DNA from: Carpediemonas membranifera BICM
Lineage: Eukaryota > Protista > Fornicata
Reading direction: 5' to 3'
Length of the DNA stretch: 64,000 nt
Assembly (NCBI GenBank): GCA_019828565.1
Contig: JAHDYR010000034.1
Span: 62,001-126,000 of the forward strand
Shown here one piece after another: positions 57,703-64,000 of this stretch (the stretch's first letter is position 1; each line of letters opens with the position of its first letter). The notes under the pieces are model-generated. The model made no database searches and was not told where the DNA came from. It worked only from the letters and a program-made list of their open reading frames with translations. The translations under genes and the position numbers were made by a program.

Positions 57703-60253
57703 TCAATTCTGTCTGCTACACTCTCCACACAGGCAGCAAACTAACTCTATGCCATGGTCCGCCAGACTGCATGACATCGTGCCCTCCTCACCCCACGTCA
57801 GCGTCGTATGCTCTTCTACAAACTCCCACACTTCATCAACAGTCTCCTGAAAGGTCTGGATCATCTCACGAGTTGGCTCGAAGGTCACGGTGGTCAGTGT
57901 GCGGACACCAAACCAATGCTTCGCATCCTTACAGCAGTCGTGAACTCGCACACACTTGAGTCGCTGGAGCTGGGGGACAGAGTAGTCCTGCCGACCAAAA
58001 GAACGCATGCCCGTCAGGAAGGAACACGCGAGAGTTGTCTGCTCGATCAAGCAAATGCCCTCAAGGACTGCCTTCCTGTGCAACTTGGCTGCTACCTCCT
58101 GGTTCTTGATGAACTCTCGCTCAAAGTACTCCTCTAGGATATAGAACAGCGGCACCTTGAGATGCTTGTGGCACAGGGGCTGCGTCGTGAGTCTGCTGAT
58201 GCTGTAGAGGTTCTCAGCGCACGGTTTCTCCTTCGTCTTCGCTTCGCTGCTTGATAGCAGGGATATGGAAGTCTTATCCTTGTTAGGAATGAACGCAATC
58301 GTGACGTGAATGAGGTGGGCCACTGCGGCAGCCATGAAGTGAAACGCGACAGCCGCGTCAGTCACAGGTTCGGACGAGTAGTACATGGCCTGGAGGTAGC
58401 CAATGAGCCGAATGATATCTTGAATGCACTCAGGGAGAGCAACGTAGTCCTCTTGGGTCGTGGCAGCCATCCTTACACGTGCGGACGACTGCTCGTTACA
58501 ACCTACGGTCCTATCGATGCTTCGCATGGACGACATACGGCCAAGCTTGAGGTTGAGGAGCTTATTCTGGATGATCTCCTCGCGGGACCCGCGGGTGGTG
58601 GGATGCTTCTTGAAAGAACCACAGATATGGGCAACCTGCTCGAGTAAACGGTGCGAGTCGTGCATGAATGGAGGGCATATGACGATCTTCTCAAGAGGGA
58701 TGACACTACAATTCTCGAACACCATGCGTTCATTGGTGAAATCGCCATAGATTGCAAGTACATCTTGAACTCGGTTCGGGTCGTCGACTTCAGCCTGGTA
58801 TGCTGTCTTATCGTCCAGGTTGTCCTTGATGGTGAGACGATGGCGGCCTGCTATCGGGTGGAGCGCCTTACTTTTGTGGTAAATCGTGTTGCAAGGGTGT
58901 GGATAGTTGGGCCGGCCCGACTTTCTGGACAGCATGTGGCGGAGGGCGGCATGATCGCCCATGACGATGACATGGTCGAAGATTGTGACCTCACCAGTGT
59001 CTCTGATGGGTATCTGACTCGTGTATAGGCGCTCAATCTCCTTCTCGACGCGAGAAAGAGACTCTTCCATCAACAAATCACCCTCGCTACCCATATACTC
59101 GACTATACGGAAAGGTGGAGTAATCTTGTTGGGGAATGTGAAGCCTGTGGGGTCGTAGATGCGGAGCTTGAAGGCAGCAGAACCCCCTTTCCACCCGTCA
59201 AGCCATAGTAGGATCTTCATGGGGCTAAACGTGACTCCAACCCTGTTGCCAAGGGCGTTCTTGCATCGAACGTAGTTGGGCTGGTCCGACTCGAGCCATT
59301 CCGGGTGGCGAACAGCTTGCTTGAGGTAACGAACGGCATCAAACCAGACTCGATCAACCTTGTCCCATGTGGAGCTGTTGAGCCGCTTGCCGAGGGTGAC
59401 TCCCTGGGTCTGCTTGAGCTCAGGGCGATGACTTGTGGCCTCATCGCTCGTCTCGTAGTGAAGATCAAGCATTGGCTTCTCCCACTTGAAGTCAATGACG
59501 TTCTCCGCGTCCGTCAGGGGCTGGATATCGACACCCTCGTCCACCGTTAGGCGATTGGTGCACTCGAGTCTCGACTTTGTGCCATTTCTGCCCCACCGCC
59601 AGGTCGTGTTGACTGTGACAGACTCCACAGGGACGAGATGACCCAAGAAAGCAACCTCTGGTCTAGTCAGCGCTGCAACCAGGCCGTTGATCTTGGTGAT
59701 ATTGACCTGCAACTGCTTCACGAAGATATCAGCAGCCTTGCTGGAGATGATTGGCATATGAAGTCGCGCAGAAAGACTACGGATGAGCTTAAAGAGCTCA
59801 TGGGTTGCGTTACAACCCGACTTGATGTACATCAGGATAGAAACAAGCTCCAAAAATCTGCTTGTAGTTGTCAGTTTCCTCAGTTGAGACCTCGTGCTGT
59901 CTCCGCAAGCGTTCGTGGGTGACAGCAATACGCGCGTGGTCACGTACGAAGACATCGAAGGTCGGGGCGACTCCTCTATGGGAACGTACTGCACGCAAGA
60001 AGGGTCGAGAGTCGTGCGGGTCGGCGAAAAATCTCGGATCGACCTCCATGTCCGCAAATAGGCCCTGGTTAGCCATTTCCAAGATGAGTTCACGGAATTC
60101 TCGGCGCTGGCGGCCTCGATCCTGTGTATTTCCGCCAATACCAACAAGGGAGAGGTATGTATGAGCGAGAATGTAGTTCATACGCTCTGCAGTCCTTGGA
60201 GGGCCAGTATTGTCGTAGACAGTGCCAATGAAGGTCTGTATGACAATGTGCAT
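57703..60253 (-). CDS. Putative DDE transposase, RAG1/Transib/Chapaev-like; frameshift ~59854
   Basis: LLWLDG...P...E...E..L...VMGDHAAL...YPHPC...PPFMHD...LEEYFERE follows the RAG1-core motif order; largest ORF inside the TIRs. Confidence 0.65.
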
Positions 60254-61244
60254 GCTCAGGAATTTTTGCTGAAGTCACTTTCACATTTCACAAGTTTCAC
60301 AAGAGTTTGTGAAAGATTTTTGGTTTGGGGCTTCCGCTGCTCTGTTTCCTCCAAAAAGTTGTGAGCAGCAACTACACTGAGTTTTATACGTATTCTATGC
60401 TTCTCATACCCATTGATGCGTTATTGCGCAATTCTGCTTTGCCCTCAAAGGAAAAGTGAATTTGAATTTCCCCCTGAATCTTGCAAGATACTGCGGAAGT
60501 AACGGTAAGAAAAAATGAAACTCGCCAACGAAAGCAGCTGGAAGAAAATGGTAAAAAGTATTGGAACTAGGACAATATGGTGTACACTCTGAGCAACTTC
60601 ATTTCTTTCTGGCGTTCACCTGTGTCACGAGCTCTTTGGGCACTGTTTCGGGCGTTAGGACAAACCAAGGGTTCCATGATCCTTTGTTGATCTAGTTACA
60701 CCTCTGTTGTTAGCACAATCTTCCAAGACCATCTCATCGTTGATAAAATTTGGCAGATTTTCGAATGCGAGAAAATGAAGACTTCCCCACAGAACCTGAG
60801 TATGTACGGATAGTACTTGACCCCCATGGATTATCCCCCCATGTTTGGTTTTTGTGGGGAAGTCTTCATTTTCTCAATCTCTGATTCAATCATTAATTCA
60901 TACGGAAGTAGAAGATACTGGAGGCTGAAAACTTCAGAGGGCATTGCTATTAGCTATAAAACACCGCTGTTAAGATCCCATGTTCGAACGAGCACTTCAC
61001 ATTTACAACATAAAATGCGTTATCCTCTTTTATCAACACTGACACCATGTGATACTTCAAGACGCCAGACATGTCTTTTATGCTTCTATAACTACCTTCT
61101 AGATGTTCTGGAGGTGCCTGAGATCGCCTGGATCGCGAGGTTTGACCAGCGTTGACACATGAGTATCTCCAGAGTATCTCCCGGGAGACTCTAGCCATTC
61201 TTACAGTATGGGACTCACCGCAATTAGCTACCAAGCTCCCATCG

Positions 61245-63281
61245 ATGAACGCGCGATGGTTCGTTTGGAAAAGGTTCGGTGCGTCCCTAGAAGTCTGCAA
61301 TCTCTTACGCGAGGGCGTTCCCATACAGCTCAACCGGCTGCACTCACCCCCATCACCTCAGGCCAGCATCGACCGCAGGATCCTGGACAAGCTCAAGGAC
61401 CAGCTCGCCTCGGGGGCTCTCATCAAGTCATCCATGCGCAAGCTCCGTCACAGCGCCCCCCTCTTCTCTGTAGCCAAGGGCGAGACCGATATCCGTGTCA
61501 TCCACGACTTGCGGCACCTCAACGCCATCACCAAGGAGCGTCGGGTCTTTCGCTTATTCGGCGTACGACGAGCGGTGGGCCTTCTCGCTCAGGGCGACTA
61601 TATGGCAAAGATAGACCTCTCGGACGGCTATCATCAGCTAGGCGTGAAGCCCCAAGACGCTCCGCTCTTGGGAGTGGTTCTTCCCAACGGCCAGGCTTAT
61701 CACTATACAGGCCTGTCGTTCGGGTGGACAGCGGCTCCATATTTCTTCCAGCTGGTGATGGTACAAGCCGCGAGGATCCTAGCGTTGCGCTTCAAGGTCA
61801 AGGTGAGTGTGTATCTAGACGACTTCCTGCTGGCCCATGCAGATCAAGCCTACCTCCGATCGATAGGGCCAGAGGTGCTCAGGACCCTTCAGCTTCTCGG
61901 CATCATCGTGAACGTCCGAAAGAGCGAGCTCGAGCCCGTCCAGCTCATCCAGTACCTGGGAGTTCTGCTCGACACACGCTCCATGACCATCAGCCTTCCC
62001 AAGGACAAAGCAGAGAAGTACCGCAACACCATCAGGGCCGCTTTATCCTCCAACAAGATCACGGCACAGGACTGGGCGTCAGTGATAGGCCGCCTGGGCT
62101 TCTTCGCCTACACGTCGAGGCTCGTCCACAAGCTGCGTCGGCTACAAGCACTCCGTCCATCATCCGAGCTAGTCCTTCAACCGGCAGACAGAGCCGAGCT
62201 CGAACAGTGGGAAGCCCTCTTACTCTCATGCCCAACAAGACCGTTCGCAGATCTCTTTCCCTCGTGGGATCTCGACCTGTGCGTGACCTCGGATGCCTCG
62301 GACGAGGGCTGGGGAGCAGTCATCTTCAACCCCGGCACAAGCGACTCTTCCATTCAGGGCACATTCCCAGCCAACATTGCGACGGAGTCCATCAACGTTC
62401 GAGAGCTGTATGCCGTGGTCCGTGCCGTCGAATCCCTTCCAAGCTTCAAGGAGCGCAGGGTGCTCACCGTCTTCACGGACAACTCCACAGCCCAGGCTTG
62501 GGTCAACCATCAGGGCTCTACGCACGCGCCCCAAGCTGCGATGGATCTTGTGCAGGAGCTTCACACTCTGCTCGCAAGCCGCAACCTTATCATCAAGGCC
62601 GAGTTCACGCCGGGTCGAGCCAACATCCACGCAGACCGGCTGTCTCGCAACATAGAGGTGCCTCCGACACTGACAGAGCAGCTCCTAGCTCTGTGGGGGC
62701 CGGCCAACACCATCTGGGAGGGCGACGGCCCGAAGGTCTGGCGCGGTCGTCGAGTTCTGGTGGTGAATACAGCAGTGACGAGAGCAGTGACGAGTCTATG
62801 TCTCAAGGCTACAGCTCCGACAGCACCTACGTCCCATCCGAGGACCTGGACCTCGTCGATATTCCTCCTCGTGAAAGACACTATGTCGCCAGAGTTGCGC
62901 CTCCTCAAGCAGGCAGCTCGCCTGAAGCGCTACTTCTCGATCACCGAGCCCCAGAGCGGCATGAAGTCGAGGTACATCGGTCTGGCCCTTCCAACCTGTT
63001 CGAAGGAATCAGACTATCTGATCAGCTCTCGCACCTCGAGGAGCAAGGAAGGCGAGCGGTCGCCGGCTGGGTTACCAAGTTCATCGAGAGTAGAGATCCG
63101 AAGCTGTCCCACGCAGCCCAGTTCAGGGCATTCCTGCTCAAAGAGGGAAGGAACTCAGGGCCGGACTCGGTCGGCCGCAAGGCTTACTGGGTCATCCAAG
63201 CAGCCCCGCGATGGTCTAGCTGGAGAGTTCCTCTTGACGCGCAGGCGATCCAGAAAGAAGCCCGCAAGAGAGCTACCCTGA
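61245..63281 (+). CDS. RT-RNase H of DIRS-like element 2
   Basis: KIDLSDGYHQ, YLDDFL, SDASDEGWG, RELYAV, TDN, NIHADRLSR. Confidence 0.93.
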   Translation: MNARWFVWKRFGASLEVCNLLREGVPIQLNRLHSPPSPQASIDRRILDKLKDQLASGALIKSSMRKLRHSAPLFSVAKGETDIRVIHDLRHLNAITKERRVFRLFGVRRAVGLLAQGDYMAKIDLSDGYHQLGVKPQDAPLLGVVLPNGQAYHYTGLSFGWTAAPYFFQLVMVQAARILALRFKVKVSVYLDDFLLAHADQAYLRSIGPEVLRTLQLLGIIVNVRKSELEPVQLIQYLGVLLDTRSMTISLPKDKAEKYRNTIRAALSSNKITAQDWASVIGRLGFFAYTSRLVHKLRRLQALRPSSELVLQPADRAELEQWEALLLSCPTRPFADLFPSWDLDLCVTSDASDEGWGAVIFNPGTSDSSIQGTFPANIATESINVRELYAVVRAVESLPSFKERRVLTVFTDNSTAQAWVNHQGSTHAPQAAMDLVQELHTLLASRNLIIKAEFTPGRANIHADRLSRNIEVPPTLTEQLLALWGPANTIWEGDGPKVWRGRRVLVVNTAVTRAVTSLCLKATAPTAPTSHPRTWTSSIFLLVKDTMSPELRLLKQAARLKRYFSITEPQSGMKSRYIGLALPTCSKESDYLISSRTSRSKEGERSPAGLPSSSRVEIRSCPTQPSSGHSCSKREGTQGRTRSAARLTGSSKQPRDGLAGEFLLTRRRSRKKPARELP

Positions 63282-63907
63282 AGGGTCTCACCGGAGGGTC
63301 ACGCCCAGTCTACAGGATCGAGATGAGCGACGCCATCGCGAACCGCAACAGTTCTATCAGGGCATACCAGGCAACCCTGTTTGCGTCCATGTGCTACTTG
63401 ACGGTCAGTCGAGGAAGGGAGATCTTCACGCTAACGCCCGGGCGCATCACCTTCGAGCCTAACGGTGACGCCACGCTCGGCATCCCTCGTACCAAGACCA
63501 TGATAGGGGTGGCTAAGAGACTCCCTAACGTCTGGATCCAGGGTTTTAACCCAGCTAAGGCTTTACAGCGCTGGCTGACTGGCCTATCTCTTCCGGACGA
63601 TGCCTGCATGTGGCGGGAGGTGACTCCCCGCAATACGCTCAGTCGTCGCAACCCACGGTCAGCTAGGGGTTTGCTGCAGGACGTGAAGCGCTTATTCGGC
63701 CCAAGGTCGGGCTGGCATTCGTTCCGCAAGGGTGCCGCCTCGGAGCTTGCCCTATGTGGCACGCCTCTGGAGGCCCTGCTCGCCATGGGTACCTGGCGGG
63801 AGGTTCGTAGTTTGCGCTCTTACATCGGACAGGCTATGCGCAACGAGCCTCTCTTCGTCCGCGAAGCGACAAGGAGTCTGCTGCGGCCTAGCGCGAAGCG
63901 TCTTTAA
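62798..63907 (+). CDS. Tyrosine recombinase of element 2 (overlaps RT; start uncertain)
   Basis: SRGREI, TKT, HSFRKGAA, MGTW, SY. Confidence 0.9.
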   Translation: MSQGYSSDSTYVPSEDLDLVDIPPRERHYVARVAPPQAGSSPEALLLDHRAPERHEVEVHRSGPSNLFEGIRLSDQLSHLEEQGRRAVAGWVTKFIESRDPKLSHAAQFRAFLLKEGRNSGPDSVGRKAYWVIQAAPRWSSWRVPLDAQAIQKEARKRATLKGLTGGSRPVYRIEMSDAIANRNSSIRAYQATLFASMCYLTVSRGREIFTLTPGRITFEPNGDATLGIPRTKTMIGVAKRLPNVWIQGFNPAKALQRWLTGLSLPDDACMWREVTPRNTLSRRNPRSARGLLQDVKRLFGPRSGWHSFRKGAASELALCGTPLEALLAMGTWREVRSLRSYIGQAMRNEPLFVREATRSLLRPSAKRL

Positions 63908-64000
63908 CGCTGCGCTCCTAATCATTCCAAACAATCTTTAAACGCGTTCGTCGAAGCGAAATGGTTTCGCTGGCGCCTTGATCCGCTCCCGCTATAACAA

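Larger units (their letters stand above)
47819..61210. mobile_element. 13.4-kb composite TIR unit with 184-bp inverted repeats and a 2-bp GG TSD
   Basis: 47819-48002 is the reverse complement of 61027-61210; GG at 47817-47818 and 61211-61212. Confidence 0.92.
49875..61210. mobile_element. 11.3-kb cargo-carrying DNA transposon, 50-bp TIRs beginning CATACTGTAAGAATGG
   Basis: 49875-49924 matches the reverse complement of 61161-61210 at 49/50; encodes a putative DDE transposase and ~7 cargo genes. Confidence 0.88.
47163..64000 (+). mobile_element. DIRS-like tyrosine-recombinase retrotransposon 2, interrupted in gag by the 13.4-kb TIR composite; ends approximate
   Basis: gag from 47289 (frameshift ~47395) rejoins as GGRR/THRN* after removing 47819-61212; RT and YR follow. 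Confidence 0.88.

Noticed and set aside
49875-61210. Polinton/virophage or endogenous virus identity for the cargo element
   Set aside because: No pPolB, capsid, packaging ATPase or retroviral-type integrase motifs seen; TSD is 2 bp

Overview
Compact, GC-rich eukaryotic DNA. The 28-43 nt introns with a fused branch-point/3' splice motif suggest a metamonad-like protist (inference). Bases 1-26.5 kb are gene-dense host sequence: Rab, kinesin, SFT2, RRM protein, MAPK15-like kinase, eIF5A, S28 peptidase, tRNA-Pro, RPS8, RPL19, RING protein, an unusual xanthine-dehydrogenase-family enzyme, an Exo84/Vps51-like subunit and a TM-lipase. This part also holds a degenerate Fanzor1 (eukaryotic TnpB-like) element whose putative guide matches its own left flank. 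Bases ~27-64 kb are a nest of mobile elements: four Ty3/Gypsy elements (two with a visible chromodomain), all with a palindrome instead of a tRNA primer-binding site; two tyrosine-recombinase (DIRS-like) retroelements; and an RLE-type non-LTR fragment. The main finding is an 11.3-kb TIR DNA transposon (13.4 kb as a composite, 2-bp TSD). It has a divergent RAG1/Transib/Chapaev-like transposase and carries PHD, SET, GNAT, OTU and caspase-fold genes, an apparent mobile chromatin-modifying kit. All domain calls are by eye; no searches were run.
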